From positions 32,001 to 96,000 of IMG/VR virus record IMGVR_UViG_3300044653_000068: a DNA stretch of 64,000 nucleotides; one strand, 5' to 3'. Shown piece after piece: positions 1-9,441 of this stretch; the first letter of the stretch is position 1, and each line of letters starts with the position of its first letter. The notes below the pieces were generated by a model. It saw only the letters and a program-made list of their open reading frames with translations, ran no database searches and was not told the DNA's origin. The translations under genes were made by a program, and so were the position numbers. This DNA comes from a virus.

Positions 1-1302
1 GGCGGACAACTGGATGTCGAAGCCGAACGCGAAGCTGTAGTTGTTGTTGGGGTACGCCATCGACGTGGTGGTGGCGGTGTTGGCGTACCCGTTGTTGCCC
101 GTGGAGGTCGTGGCCGTGGCGATGCCGACCGTGCCGGGGTAGTACTCCACCGCCTGGTAGGCGAACCAGGCGCTGGTACTGCTGCTGAACATCGTCGCGA
201 CGTACGTGGTGCCCGTGGAGAGCGAGACGGGCGACGAGAACGCGGCGTAGGCCCAGCCCGCGCCTGCGGTCGCGGCGGACCCCCCGGGCGCGGTCAGCCA
301 GGACGGGCTTGAGTTGCTCGCGACGAGCGTGCCGGTGGTGACGCTGGTGTAGGTGTACAGCCCGATTTCACTCGGGAACAGGGTGTTGCCGAACGGGCTG
401 TACTGCCACAGGCCGAGAAGCTGGGTGGCCGTGGATACGGTGAAGGAGAACCCGGTGGTGCCGGCGCTGCTGGCGGCGGCGTACGCCCCCCCGGTCCCGA
501 CAGGGTTGCCGCCGTTGAAGAAATTCCCGCCGGCCATGACGGGCGGCTGGGGCGGGGGAGGCGATCCGAACTTTCTGAACGACAGCGGGGACTGGCGCCC
601 GGGAGGGGATGCCGGGGGGATGACGGGCGCCGGGACGGCCACCCCGCCGCCCGCGAGCTGGAACGCGACGAGGAGGACCGCGTAGTTGTCGCCGGTGCCG
701 GTGAAGGTGAGCCCGTCAGTCTCCGTGCCGCCGGTGCTGGACTTGTACTGGACGATGTTGTTGCCCTGGCTGCCGGAGTTGACCGAGTTCGGGTCGAGGG
801 TCCAGCCGGAAGCCTGCGTGTAGGTGTTACCGTCGCCGCTGTCCGCGAGGAACGTGATCAGGTACTCGCCGGCGAGTGATGAGGCATACGTCGGCGACAA
901 GACCGGCGAGGTGGTCCCGGCCGTGCTGCCGAACGTACCGTCGAGGCACGCTGCGGCGGTGCTGCCCGTCGCGAGCCCCGAAACCTCCTGGACGACGATT
1001 GAGGGGCTGTTGGCGCCGCTGTACGTCGCGGTGATCGTCGGCTTGGTGCCGGCGTCGCCGGACGGGGTGTCGAGGACGTAAACGTAGCCGAACTGGCTGC
1101 CGCCGTTGAATGAGACAGTCGTCGCCACCAGGGCGAACGAGTTCCCGGCGGTGTCTTTCACGCTGGAGACCGTCACGCCGCCGCTGGACAGCACGTAGGC
1201 GATCAGCTTGCTGCCGGCGGTCAGGTTCGCCGTGGTGAAAGTCGCGGCGACCGACGTGCTGCCGGTTGAGCTGTTGGCGCTCTGAAGCCAGTTCCACGCC
1301 AT
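1..1302 (-). CDS. Ser/Thr/Gly-rich virion (tail/fibre-like) protein, 3' partial
   Basis: Hand translation from ATG 1302 (GGAGG upstream): MAWNWLQSANSSTGSTSVAATF..., open to the window edge; beta-rich domains joined by a Pro-rich linker; second domain resembles DUF4082. Confidence 0.75.
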   Translation of the reverse strand, partial: MAWNWLQSANSSTGSTSVAATFTTANLTAGSKLIAYVLSSGGVTVSSVKDTAGNSFALVATTVSFNGGSQFGYVYVLDTPSGDAGTKPTITATYSGANSPSIVVQEVSGLATGSTAAACLDGTFGSTAGTTSPVLSPTYASSLAGEYLITFLADSGDGNTYTQASGWTLDPNSVNSGSQGNNIVQYKSSTGGTETDGLTFTGTGDNYAVLLVAFQLAGGGVAVPAPVIPPASPPGRQSPLSFRKFGSPPPPQPPVMAGGNFFNGGNPVGTGGAYAAASSAGTTGFSFTVSTATQLLGLWQYSPFGNTLFPSEIGLYTYTSVTTGTLVASNSSPSWLTAPGGSAATAGAGWAYAAFSSPVSLSTGTTYVATMFSSSTSAWFAYQAVEYYPGTVGIATATTSTGNNGYANTATTTSMAYPNNNYSFAFGFDIQLSA

Positions 1303-1331
1303 GCGGCTACCGCCCTCCGGTCAGGCGGCTG

Positions 1332-1952
1332 CTAGTCGAGCGTTTCGACGAGCCACTCGGTGCAGGCGATCGTGCCGAACGCGGCCGACGAGGTGGCGGC
1401 CAGGCCGATTCCGGTCAGGGACGTGGTGTTGATGCCCAGGGCGGTCTCGCCTGAGATGTTCGGCATCGGCAGGATGATGGCGTTGCCGGTGCCCAGCGCC
1501 ACGGGGGCCCCGGGGACGGCCATGGGGATCTTGACCGAGCCCTGCGTCGAGACGCTGCCCGAGGTGCCGCTGCCGAGGGCCGTGCAGCGCATCAGCGCGT
1601 CCAGCTCCCACTGGAGCCCGGTGATCGAGCCGGTGCCCAGCGCCAGGGTGGTGGTGGTCGCGAACGTGGTCCAGGTGCCGGTGTTGCCCGCGTTGCACCG
1701 CAGCAGCCAGGACAGGTTGGAGGTGGTGCCGGCCGTGTTAACGTACCCGCGCGCCGTGACCCGGATCAGCATGCCCGAGTACCAGCCGAGGTACTGGCCG
1801 TCCGGGTTGACGGAGGCGACGTCGGTGTTGAGCCCGCCCGCCTGGCACGGCGAGATGGTGGCGGTGGAGGCCGAGGAGGTGAGCGCCGTTCCCGCGCCCG
1901 CCGCCCGCGCGCTGCCCGAGTTGATCAGGCTGACCCACTGCTGGTTGGCCAT
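1332..1952 (-). CDS. putative virion structural protein
   Basis: 206 aa, T/S/G/A-rich, GC-rich third codon positions, tightly packed operon. Confidence 0.7.
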   Translation of the reverse strand: MANQQWVSLINSGSARAAGAGTALTSSASTATISPCQAGGLNTDVASVNPDGQYLGWYSGMLIRVTARGYVNTAGTTSNLSWLLRCNAGNTGTWTTFATTTTLALGTGSITGLQWELDALMRCTALGSGTSGSVSTQGSVKIPMAVPGAPVALGTGNAIILPMPNISGETALGINTTSLTGIGLAATSSAAFGTIACTEWLVETLD

Positions 1953-1953
1953 A

Positions 1954-2217
1954 TCAGCACCCCCAGACCAGCAGGTAGCCGCTGTCGGAGGACAGCCCGG
2001 ACGGCATGGTGACCACGGTGCCGGTGAACGTGGCGGCGATCTCCACGAACTCCGACACGCCCAGCACGACGCCGCTCTTGACGATCAGGAAGCCGCTGAT
2101 GGTGGAGACGTCGATGGTGTCGCCCGTGCTGACCTTGGACAGCGCGAACAGGGCAACCTTGTCGGCGGCGCCGGCCGAGTACACGAGCGTGCAGTTGGCC
2201 GACGTGAGCGTCGCCAT
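1954..2217 (-). CDS. small putative virion protein
   Basis: 87 aa, GGAGG RBS, operonic. Confidence 0.7.
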   Translation of the reverse strand: MATLTSANCTLVYSAGAADKVALFALSKVSTGDTIDVSTISGFLIVKSGVVLGVSEFVEIAATFTGTVVTMPSGLSSDSGYLLVWGC

Positions 2218-2227
2218 GCGTCCTCCC

Positions 2228-2758
2228 CTAGACCGAGATGTTGAAGATCGCCGTGATCGCGGCGGAGGCGGGCGTGGCCCACAGGATCGTGAACGTGGCG
2301 GCGGTGACGGTCTGCGTGCCGCCGAAGTAGTTGAAGCAGATGCCCTGCTTGGACACCGTGCCGCCGGAGATGGTCGAGTCGTACACCAGCAGGCCGTAGA
2401 AGCCCGACAGGGTGACCGAGGCCGTCGAGGTCTGGCCCGCCGTGGGAGCTGTCACCTGGAAGCACAGGGACGACGAGCCGGTGTCGATGGTCCACGTCTT
2501 GGTGGTGCCGACTGACACGCCGCCGGCCGCCCAGTTGGTGCCGGTGATCTCGTTGCCGGTTACCCACTGGCCTGTGTTGTACCCGGTGTTGGCGAGGGTG
2601 TCGGCCTTGTTCGGGGTGCCGGAGTTGCCGAACGCCGCGCAGTTGATCGTGTCGCCCGTGAGGCTGACGAAAGAAGTGGGCGCGGTTCCCGCGTTGACGG
2701 CCCTGGCGATCGGGTTAAGCATCGCCTGCTGGAAGATCGCGCTGTTAGACCAGCCCAT
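2228..2758 (-). CDS. putative virion/tail protein
   Basis: 176 aa, NEITGTNWAAGG..LLVYD..FGGTQTVT pattern typical of actinophage minor tail proteins. Confidence 0.7.
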   Translation of the reverse strand: MGWSNSAIFQQAMLNPIARAVNAGTAPTSFVSLTGDTINCAAFGNSGTPNKADTLANTGYNTGQWVTGNEITGTNWAAGGVSVGTTKTWTIDTGSSSLCFQVTAPTAGQTSTASVTLSGFYGLLVYDSTISGGTVSKQGICFNYFGGTQTVTAATFTILWATPASAAITAIFNISV

Positions 2759-2842
2759 CGGGCTCTCCCTCGGTTGGCTCGGGCTCGACGGACCCGTGCG
2801 CGGCCGCCAGGTCCGCGAGAATGCGCACTTCAGGCTCGGTCA

Positions 2843-3169
2843 TCAGACTCGCAGCTCCCCGTGGGCCAGCCCCGCGTTGGCGGCCAGGTCGTTGCGGCCG
2901 TCCGCGTACTTCGTGATCACTGACATGTACGCCCTGCCGTCGTCTCCCATGGCCTGCTGGTCGCCGTTGAGGTAGTCCTCGCGCTCGACCGCCACCACCT
3001 CGCAGTCGGTGCCGGCCCGGACGAGGGGGGCGCTCAGCTGGTGCAGGCGCGGGCAGTTGTGGTAGCGGGTGGCGCCCGGCGGCATGGCGGGCAGCACCTC
3101 GGCGCAGTAGCACCCGTTAGGGCAGTACCACTCCTCGAAAGCCTGGCGCAGGATGGGCACATCGAACAT
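2843..3169 (-). CDS. conserved phage protein, Cys/His-rich
   Basis: WYCPNGC...YHNCP, EREDY motif. Confidence 0.7.
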   Translation of the reverse strand: MFDVPILRQAFEEWYCPNGCYCAEVLPAMPPGATRYHNCPRLHQLSAPLVRAGTDCEVVAVEREDYLNGDQQAMGDDGRAYMSVITKYADGRNDLAANAGLAHGELRV

Positions 3170-3173
3170 GCCC

Positions 3174-3482
3174 TCAGTGTAACGGCTTCACAGAGCCTGA
3201 GATAGTGGGGTCGAGCCTGGCCACGTCAGCTATCGTGGCCGCCGCCAGCTTATGGACGCCTGCCCCCAGGGAGTCGCGAAGCCCGCACAGAAGGCCCGCC
3301 CACTCCCCCAGCTGCGCGGGGGTGATGAACCCGGTCACGGTAGCCGAGTCCGTGCGCATGGTCACGCCGACCACGACCGGCTCGCCCGGCTTGGCGACGG
3401 TGCCGCACTCCAGGGTCACGGGACCGCCGGCCAGCAGTCGGTTGTTCGGGTCCAGCCACCGAAGGGAGTCCGGGGCGGTCAC
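3174..3482 (-). CDS. hypothetical protein
   Basis: GTG start overlaps the upstream TGA (GTGA). Confidence 0.6.
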   Translation of the reverse strand: MTAPDSLRWLDPNNRLLAGGPVTLECGTVAKPGEPVVVGVTMRTDSATVTGFITPAQLGEWAGLLCGLRDSLGAGVHKLAAATIADVARLDPTISGSVKPLH

Positions 3483-3715
3483 AGCCGGGCCCTCTCGCGC
3501 CACATCCGCCCGGCGGCGCGCTCCGCCAGCCCCACGATCTGCTCCTTCTGGGGGCGGGTGACGGCGCTCAGGTAGACGGACAGCTCACGCTGGCCCGAGG
3601 CGTGGCACAGGTCCCCGACGAGGCGGCCGAAGACCGCGCACTCCTCTTCCGTCAGCTCGGCGGTCTCGGCGTCGTACGTGAACCCGTTCATGATCCTCAT
3701 GCTAGCGGCCCTCAC
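3479..3715 (-). CDS. hypothetical protein
   Basis: coupled start/stop overlaps on both sides. Confidence 0.55.
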   Translation of the reverse strand: MRAASMRIMNGFTYDAETAELTEEECAVFGRLVGDLCHASGQRELSVYLSAVTRPQKEQIVGLAERAAGRMWRERARL

Positions 3716-4326
3716 ATCCGGACCTTGCGGGGACCGCGCGCCGGGGCAAGGCCGGCCGGCCGCAGGATGATCTCCCTGCGGATGGCGACGTCCAGGTTGT
3801 ACAGGCCCAGCGGGGTGACGTACCCCGGCCAGGTGCCCTCGAACAGATGGCAGCCCTCGTCGGAGTACGCCACGTCGCAGAGCTGGGAGCAGATCAGGTG
3901 CTTCGTGCTGGCGATGTAGCCCCGCAGGCCGGGCGCGGGGATGTGCAGCCGATGGCAGAACATCGCGCCGTAGTCGAGGAAGCTGTAGCCAACGCCGCCG
4001 GTGGAGGTCTTGTGCCCGGTGCCGGGGCCGTACTTCTGAACAGCGGCGCCCCAGATGTCAGCCAGCTTCTCCTCGGTGAACTGGGCCGCGATGGCGGTGC
4101 ACCAGTAGATCGTGTCGCTGTCGTACTCGCTGACGTTCGCTATCCGCGCGCCGCCGGGCTCGGCCTCCAGGACCGTCTCGTTCGGGCCGAGGAGGAGCGA
4201 GTGCTCCCAGTCCTTGAACCCCTGGCCGTTGAGGAACTCCCCGACCTTGATCAGCTTCCCGACGTCACCGGAGATCTGGGTGAGGCCGATGGTGCCGATC
4301 GCGGGGAGCGTCGCGGGAGTCGTCAT
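3712..4326 (-). CDS. permuted papain-like amidase (YaeF/YiiX, C92-like)
   Basis: His before Cys: WEHSLL..EAEPGG..GYSFLDY..LICSQLC; leaderless TAGGCT-N6-ATG. Confidence 0.7.
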   Translation of the reverse strand: MTTPATLPAIGTIGLTQISGDVGKLIKVGEFLNGQGFKDWEHSLLLGPNETVLEAEPGGARIANVSEYDSDTIYWCTAIAAQFTEEKLADIWGAAVQKYGPGTGHKTSTGGVGYSFLDYGAMFCHRLHIPAPGLRGYIASTKHLICSQLCDVAYSDEGCHLFEGTWPGYVTPLGLYNLDVAIRREIILRPAGLAPARGPRKVRM

Positions 4327-4335
4327 GGGGTCAGC

Positions 4336-4929
4336 CTACGACTTTCGCCAGGCTCCCCGGAAGATCCTCGCCGTGCCGTCAGGGGAGATGATGCAGTCGT
4401 CCACGACGGGCTGCCAGCCGAGAGCGCCGAGGTCGGTCTCCCAGGAGCCGCCCGCGAGGATCGCGCCGGGCTTCATGCTCGCGGTGATCAGGTCTTCCAG
4501 CTTCTTCTCGCGCTCGGCGTCGCGGAACGGCCGGTAGAGCCAGATGACGTCGGCGAGGGCGTAGATGCGCTCGATCGTGGGCAGCGTCAGCGCGTCGCCC
4601 CGGTAGACGTGCCCGTGGGCCCTGGCGGCGTTCGCCATCTTGGGGTCGATCTCGATGCCGTGCGGGATCAGGCCGAGCAGGTCCTTCGCGATCCTCAGCT
4701 TGGTGCCGGGACCGCAGCCCACGTCGAGGAACACGGGACCGCCGGCCTCGCCCATGACGTCCCACATGATGCCGAGGAAATCGGCCGGCTGCCACGGCAT
4801 CCACGGGTTGACAACCGGGTCGCGGCGGACGCCGAGCTTCAGGTGCTCGTACTCGGTCTCCGCGACCCAGTTGACGAGTCGCTGGACGCCTCCCGCGCGG
4901 GTCGTGCTGCCCGGTGTGTCGGGGATCAC
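4336..4929 (-). CDS. class I SAM-dependent methyltransferase
   Basis: FLDVGCGPG motif I, EID, GDAL, WLYRPF. Confidence 0.85.
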   Translation of the reverse strand: MIPDTPGSTTRAGGVQRLVNWVAETEYEHLKLGVRRDPVVNPWMPWQPADFLGIMWDVMGEAGGPVFLDVGCGPGTKLRIAKDLLGLIPHGIEIDPKMANAARAHGHVYRGDALTLPTIERIYALADVIWLYRPFRDAEREKKLEDLITASMKPGAILAGGSWETDLGALGWQPVVDDCIISPDGTARIFRGAWRKS

Positions 4930-5171
4930 TGCTGTCCTTCCTCGGTGTTATGCGGTGTAACACGCGTCTCAGGTCGGATCGTAGCCGGCCATTCCCCCGC
5001 CACCGCCCGCTCGAAAGCGGCCCTGAACTTCTCGACCTCCTCGTCGGTCAGGACGCGCTTCTCAGGCCAGGCCCAGGTCTCCAGCATGACCGCCTCGCCG
5101 ACCGGGAGATCCCACTCATAGGGATCACGCCTACGACGTGCCAGCCGGGCTCTCAGCCACCGCAGTATCAC
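4926..5171 (-). CDS. hypothetical protein
   Basis: GTGA overlap start; C-terminal part of track ORF 4926..5486. Confidence 0.5.
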   Translation of the reverse strand: MILRWLRARLARRRRDPYEWDLPVGEAVMLETWAWPEKRVLTDEEVEKFRAAFERAVAGEWPATIRPETRVTPHNTEEGQQ

Positions 5172-5410
5172 GCCCCTATCCCTCCTGCCGACCCGTTGGC
5201 CACCTTCGCGTCCGCGCGCACCAGCCTGTCCTGCTTGAATGCCTCCAGCACGTGAAAGTCTTCCTTGAAGTCGTAGCCCGCCAGGATCATCGAGATCATC
5301 GAGGCCTGGCCGCCGCTGATCCGCCTCACCTTGCCGTCCGGGAGCTTCACGTCGTAGCAGCCGGTGCTGAACGGCCCCTCGAAGCTGTGCTCCAGGAGAA
5401 TGACGGCCAC
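5168..5410 (-). CDS. hypothetical protein
   Basis: 80 aa, operonic. Confidence 0.6.
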   Translation of the reverse strand: MAVILLEHSFEGPFSTGCYDVKLPDGKVRRISGGQASMISMILAGYDFKEDFHVLEAFKQDRLVRADAKVANGSAGGIGA

Positions 5411-5628
5411 TACTGCGCTTCCGGGTCGTTCCCGCCGAACGGCTCGTCCGTGCCCCAGCGGCCGTAGGAGGTCGGACGCGGCTCATCGTCGTCGAAGGCC
5501 TCCTCGATATCGAGGGGGGCGAAGGGGTTCGGAGCCATCAGGGGCATGTAGTCCTCCGGCCGGTTGCCGCCCCGGGTCTCGGGCGGGGGAAGGCCCTCGT
5601 CAACGGGCTTAGGCTCGTGCCTGGTCAT
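5410..5628 (-). CDS. Pro/acidic hypothetical protein
   Basis: GAAAGGA RBS before ATG 5628. Confidence 0.6.
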   Translation of the reverse strand: MTRHEPKPVDEGLPPPETRGGNRPEDYMPLMAPNPFAPLDIEEAFDDDEPRPTSYGRWGTDEPFGGNDPEAQ

Positions 5629-5668
5629 GTGAGTTCCTTTCACGCGACTGCTTCCCCGCAACCTATCA

Positions 5669-5875
5669 CTAGAACACCCCTCCCTCGCCGAGGACGCCGT
5701 GCTGCGCTGCCAGGCGACGCTCGTACTCCTGCTTAACCGCCCAGGCAACATCCTGCTCCCCCTTGGTGGGCATCAGGGCGTAGCGCTCCTGCGTGATCAG
5801 ACGGTTCAGCGTCCGGTAGAGCATCGTCAGCTCCACATCGCCCAGTCCCCCGGCCCAGGAGTCGTCGAGGCTCAC
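5669..5875 (-). CDS. hypothetical protein
   Basis: 68 aa, coupled overlap. Confidence 0.55.
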   Translation of the reverse strand: MSLDDSWAGGLGDVELTMLYRTLNRLITQERYALMPTKGEQDVAWAVKQEYERRLAAQHGVLGEGGVF

Positions 5876-6051
5876 GAGACCAGGCCTTCCCTGCGCACCT
5901 CGGCCGCGACGAAGGCCGCGCAGGCGTCAGTGCCCCGCCAGCAGTCGAGGTCCCCGGTCTGGTTCCGCTCGCAGTACTCGCGCATGGCGCGGGCTATCAC
6001 CGCTGTCAAATCAGACCCCGCCACCAATAGGATCTTGTCGTCGAGGCTCAC
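5872..6051 (-). CDS. hypothetical protein
   Basis: GTGA overlap with the aminotransferase stop. Confidence 0.5.
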   Translation of the reverse strand: MSLDDKILLVAGSDLTAVIARAMREYCERNQTGDLDCWRGTDACAAFVAAEVRREGLVS

Positions 6052-7160
6052 GCTCGGAAGCTCCTGACTGCGGCGATGACCTGCTCCTGCTCGGGCTGGG
6101 TCATGGACGGGAACAGCGGGAGGGTGACGAGGGTCTGCCAGACGCGCTCGGTGACCGGGGTCTCGTTCGGCCAGCCGGTGTCGGGAAACAGGCTCTTGTA
6201 GTGGTTGAGCGGCTTGTAGTGAACGCCGGCCGAGACCCCGTTCGCGATCATGTGCCTGATGAAGTCCGGCCTGCGGTCGGCGGGAACGCGGACGACGTAC
6301 ATATGGGTGGCGCTGTTCCCGTCCACCTTGGGGGTCTTGAGCCAGGGCAGGCCGGACAGGTCGCAGTTGTAGATGGCCGCCTGGGCGCGACGCATGCTGT
6401 TGCGCTCGTCGAGCTTCCGGAGCTGCACCCGGCCGAGGGCGGCGGCGATGTCGTTCATGTGGGCCTTGAAGCCGTCGCCGGGGATGTCGTAGTCCCAGCC
6501 GTAGCCCACCCGCGAGTCCTTGTCCCGGTCCCAGGTGGACTTGTCGATCCCGCACCAGCGAAGTCGGCGGACCTCGGCGGCCACGTCCTCGTCGTCGGTG
6601 GTGACCATGCCGCCGTCCCCCGTGGCCAGGTTCTTGACCGCGTGGAACGACCAGGCTCGCGCATCACCGCGCCGACCGGTGAACTTCGAGCCGGCCGCGT
6701 GCGCGCAGTCCTCGATGATCGTGAACGCGTCGTGGATCGGCTTCGGGATGGAGACGCCTGTGCCCGCGCCCCCGTACCAGACCGGGACGATCCCCCAGTT
6801 GCCGTCCGGGAACTCGCACATCTTCTCGTAGGCATCTGTGAAGTCGATGCACAGATCAGTCTCGATGATGTCCGCGAAGACCACCTGGTTGCCCGCGTGC
6901 TGCATGGCCTGCGCCGAGGAGATGAAGGTGAGCGCCGGAACGACGACGATACCGCCCGTGAGCCCGGTTGCGCGGGCGGCCAGCTCCAGGGCGGCGGTGG
7001 CGCTGCTGACGGCGACGGCGAACCTGGAGCCCGTGTAGGCGGCGAACTCGGCCTCGAACTTCTCCGTCTCCGGTCCCTGCCCCCACCAGCCGGAGCGCAG
7101 GACGCGGGTGACCGCCTCAATCTCCTCGTCGCCGCAAACAGGGCGAAACAGGGGAATCAT
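6048..7160 (-). CDS. DegT/DnrJ/EryC1/StrS PLP-dependent sugar aminotransferase
   Basis: SSATAAL, IIEDCAHA, SFHAVKNLATGDGG (PLP lysine), GVHYKP, TLPLFP. Confidence 0.95.
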   Translation of the reverse strand: MIPLFRPVCGDEEIEAVTRVLRSGWWGQGPETEKFEAEFAAYTGSRFAVAVSSATAALELAARATGLTGGIVVVPALTFISSAQAMQHAGNQVVFADIIETDLCIDFTDAYEKMCEFPDGNWGIVPVWYGGAGTGVSIPKPIHDAFTIIEDCAHAAGSKFTGRRGDARAWSFHAVKNLATGDGGMVTTDDEDVAAEVRRLRWCGIDKSTWDRDKDSRVGYGWDYDIPGDGFKAHMNDIAAALGRVQLRKLDERNSMRRAQAAIYNCDLSGLPWLKTPKVDGNSATHMYVVRVPADRRPDFIRHMIANGVSAGVHYKPLNHYKSLFPDTGWPNETPVTERVWQTLVTLPLFPSMTQPEQEQVIAAVRSFRA

Positions 7161-7735
7161 GCGTCCTTCTTCCTGAGCATCGCCATGCCGTAGATGTAGC
7201 GGGCTTCCACCGCGTCCTCCGGCCGGCCGGCCGGGACGTGCGCGCCGCCCATGTCCGTGATGTCCGTCGCGGGCCTGATGCGCTCGATGAACGCTTGCGC
7301 CAGGGTCACCATCGACGTCCCGAAGTGCCCGTGGAACGGGTTGGACGGCAAGCCCACCGGCCAGTCCTCAAGCACGTACCAGCCGCCCGGCTTCACCAGG
7401 GGCCAGAGATTGCCGAACGTGATCTCCGACAGGCTGCCGACATGGGAGGCGTCGTCCACGATCAGGTCGTAGGGCCCGAACGGCATGACCAAATCCGGCA
7501 GCCCCGGGTCAGCCTGGTCGGCCTGGATGTGCACAACCCCGAGCGGCAGGCCCTCCGGCTTGCTCAGGTCCACGCCGACGATGACGCCCTCAGGCGCGAG
7601 ATCGCGCCACAGGAACAGCGACCCGCCGTGGGCGGTGCCGATCTCCAGGATGCGCGCGGCGCGGTTGCCCCCGAGCAGCTCCCTGTAAACGGGGGCGTAC
7701 CCGAGGGTGCCCTTGTCCGTCGTAGGCTCGCTCAT
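7157..7735 (-). CDS. SAM-dependent (sugar O-)methyltransferase
   Basis: ILEIGTAHGGS, LIVDDASH, KPGGWYVLEDW (MycE/Methyltransf_24-like). Confidence 0.85.
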   Translation of the reverse strand: MSEPTTDKGTLGYAPVYRELLGGNRAARILEIGTAHGGSLFLWRDLAPEGVIVGVDLSKPEGLPLGVVHIQADQADPGLPDLVMPFGPYDLIVDDASHVGSLSEITFGNLWPLVKPGGWYVLEDWPVGLPSNPFHGHFGTSMVTLAQAFIERIRPATDITDMGGAHVPAGRPEDAVEARYIYGMAMLRKKDA

Positions 7736-8247
7736 TTCGGCGGCACATCCAGCCAGTACCCGTCGTAGCTGCGGCTCATGATCAGGTAGTGGCCCTTCTC
7801 GCCGAGGATGTTCTCGTAGACGTCGGCGGTGTGCCCGCCCTCCGTGAAACCGTTGCCCTTGTGGAACGCGATGGTGCGCTCGTTGTCGGGCATGACCCGC
7901 AGCCAGTAGTAGTCGAGGCCGTAGGCGCTCATCAGCCGCCGCATCCCCTGCCGCATGAAACCGCCACGGGCGAGCGCCTTATCCCCGAGCATCATCCGCT
8001 CCAGCTCGCCGCCGCCGTGCCTGATCGTCATGCCCACGGTGCCGATGGGCTCGCCGTCCCGGAGCACGAGGTACAGGTTCTGCGAGGGGTCGGCCAGGTA
8101 CGTGCCGTGGTACCAGTCGTAGTGCCCGCTAAGAGTGAACGGCGGCTGCCTCGGGAACCAGCGGGCATTGTCCGGGTCATTGCGCCAGGCGACAAGGCGG
8201 GGAGCGTCGTCGGCGGTGATCTCCCGGAGAGTCACTTCATCGGTCAT
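7732..8247 (-). CDS. GNAT N-acetyltransferase (PseH-like)
   Basis: WRNDP..H..W, PIGTVG, V..DNERTIAFHKGNGF; ATG 8247 with RBS. Confidence 0.85.
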   Translation of the reverse strand: MTDEVTLREITADDAPRLVAWRNDPDNARWFPRQPPFTLSGHYDWYHGTYLADPSQNLYLVLRDGEPIGTVGMTIRHGGGELERMMLGDKALARGGFMRQGMRRLMSAYGLDYYWLRVMPDNERTIAFHKGNGFTEGGHTADVYENILGEKGHYLIMSRSYDGYWLDVPPK

Positions 8248-8255
8248 GCTTCTCC

Positions 8256-9044
8256 TCAGTGAGCGTCGTGCCTGGACCAGGCTGACAGCGGGGTCCAGCG
8301 GTGGGTGACGAGATAACGGGGGATAGGCCAGAACGGGAACCTCCCGACGAGGCGCTCCAGGAATATGCCGTCCGAGTGGCGGGCGATGGAGCCCTCCGGG
8401 TTCTCCTCGAAGTACGGGTAGGCCAGAGCGTCCAGGCACGTCTTGTGGTACATGACCTGGCCGCCGTCAATGCGGCAGTCTACGCTGCCGGGGAACATCT
8501 TCGGGTCCAGGGCCGGGATGCCGATGTCCGGCCAGGGACCGCAGTCCCCGGGCCCCGTGGGCGAGCCGTGGCGAAGAGAGCAGTAGACGACCCGGTAACC
8601 GGGGTTGGCGTCCAGTTCGCCGGCCATTATCTCCAGGCAGTCCGGGTCGAGCAGATCGTCGTCTGACAGGTGGAGGAGGTACTTCCCGTTCGCCTCCGGG
8701 TAGTAGACGTTCGGCAGCCAGCACGCGATGTACGTCTCACGGCGCTTCTTCTCAATCTCCTCCCCCTCCAGGCGCTCGTACTGCACCGAGCAGCCATCGG
8801 GAACCAGGCCCATGGCCTCCCAGCTCGCCAGCTCGTTCATGACCATGGCGTTCGTCACGTCATCGTTAGAGTTCTCCAGAATCCACAGCTCCCAGTCGGC
8901 CATGGTCTGATCGCGCACGCAGCGCATGGCGTCCAGCACGTACGCGCCCTTGTTATAGGACAAGATGAACACCGAGACCTTCGGTCCCTTGTGCTCGGGC
9001 TCGGGCTCGGCGGGTCGCGTCAGGGTCTGGCTAGTGAGGACCAT
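8256..9044 (-). CDS. glycosyltransferase family 2 (SpsA-like)
   Basis: VSVFILSYNK, QTMADWEL, GKYLLHLSDDD. Confidence 0.9.
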   Translation of the reverse strand: MVLTSQTLTRPAEPEPEHKGPKVSVFILSYNKGAYVLDAMRCVRDQTMADWELWILENSNDDVTNAMVMNELASWEAMGLVPDGCSVQYERLEGEEIEKKRRETYIACWLPNVYYPEANGKYLLHLSDDDLLDPDCLEIMAGELDANPGYRVVYCSLRHGSPTGPGDCGPWPDIGIPALDPKMFPGSVDCRIDGGQVMYHKTCLDALAYPYFEENPEGSIARHSDGIFLERLVGRFPFWPIPRYLVTHRWTPLSAWSRHDAH

Positions 9045-9296
9045 CTACGGTTCGCGCCACCCTAGTTCGAGAAGCCGCAGATGCTCGGCGTCCAGGTGCC
9101 GCTCTGGCTCCAGCTCGACCACGATCCTGCCATCGGCGGTGAAGAACCGCTGCTTGACCGGTACGCAGCACCAGTCTTCGGCAAGGTCCACCAGATCCCC
9201 CGGAATGGGCAGCACGGGGTACTCGCGCTCCGTGGTGAACTGGCGCGGCCCGCGCTGCACGTCGCCGTAGCACTGCTGCCGGATCTCTACCTTCAC
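9045..9296 (-). CDS. hypothetical protein
   Basis: 83 aa, operonic. Confidence 0.55.
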   Translation of the reverse strand: MKVEIRQQCYGDVQRGPRQFTTEREYPVLPIPGDLVDLAEDWCCVPVKQRFFTADGRIVVELEPERHLDAEHLRLLELGWREP

Positions 9297-9387
9297 AGGT
9301 CACTTCCTCTTCACGAGCTGGTCTACGTTGACGCCGTTGCGCTCCAGCCAGTTGAGCGTGGCATACGGTGAGTTGAGATCGTTCGGG

Positions 9388-9433
9388 TATGCCCTACCTT
9401 GCCCCGCCGTGCCAGACCTGGCCGAACCTGACC
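9388..9433 (-). repeat. GGYNN pentamer tandem repeat (x9)
   Basis: minus strand GGTCA GGTTC GGCCA GGTCT GGCAC GGCGG GGCAA GGTAG GGCAT. Confidence 0.7.
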
Positions 9434-9441
9434 CAGTGCGC

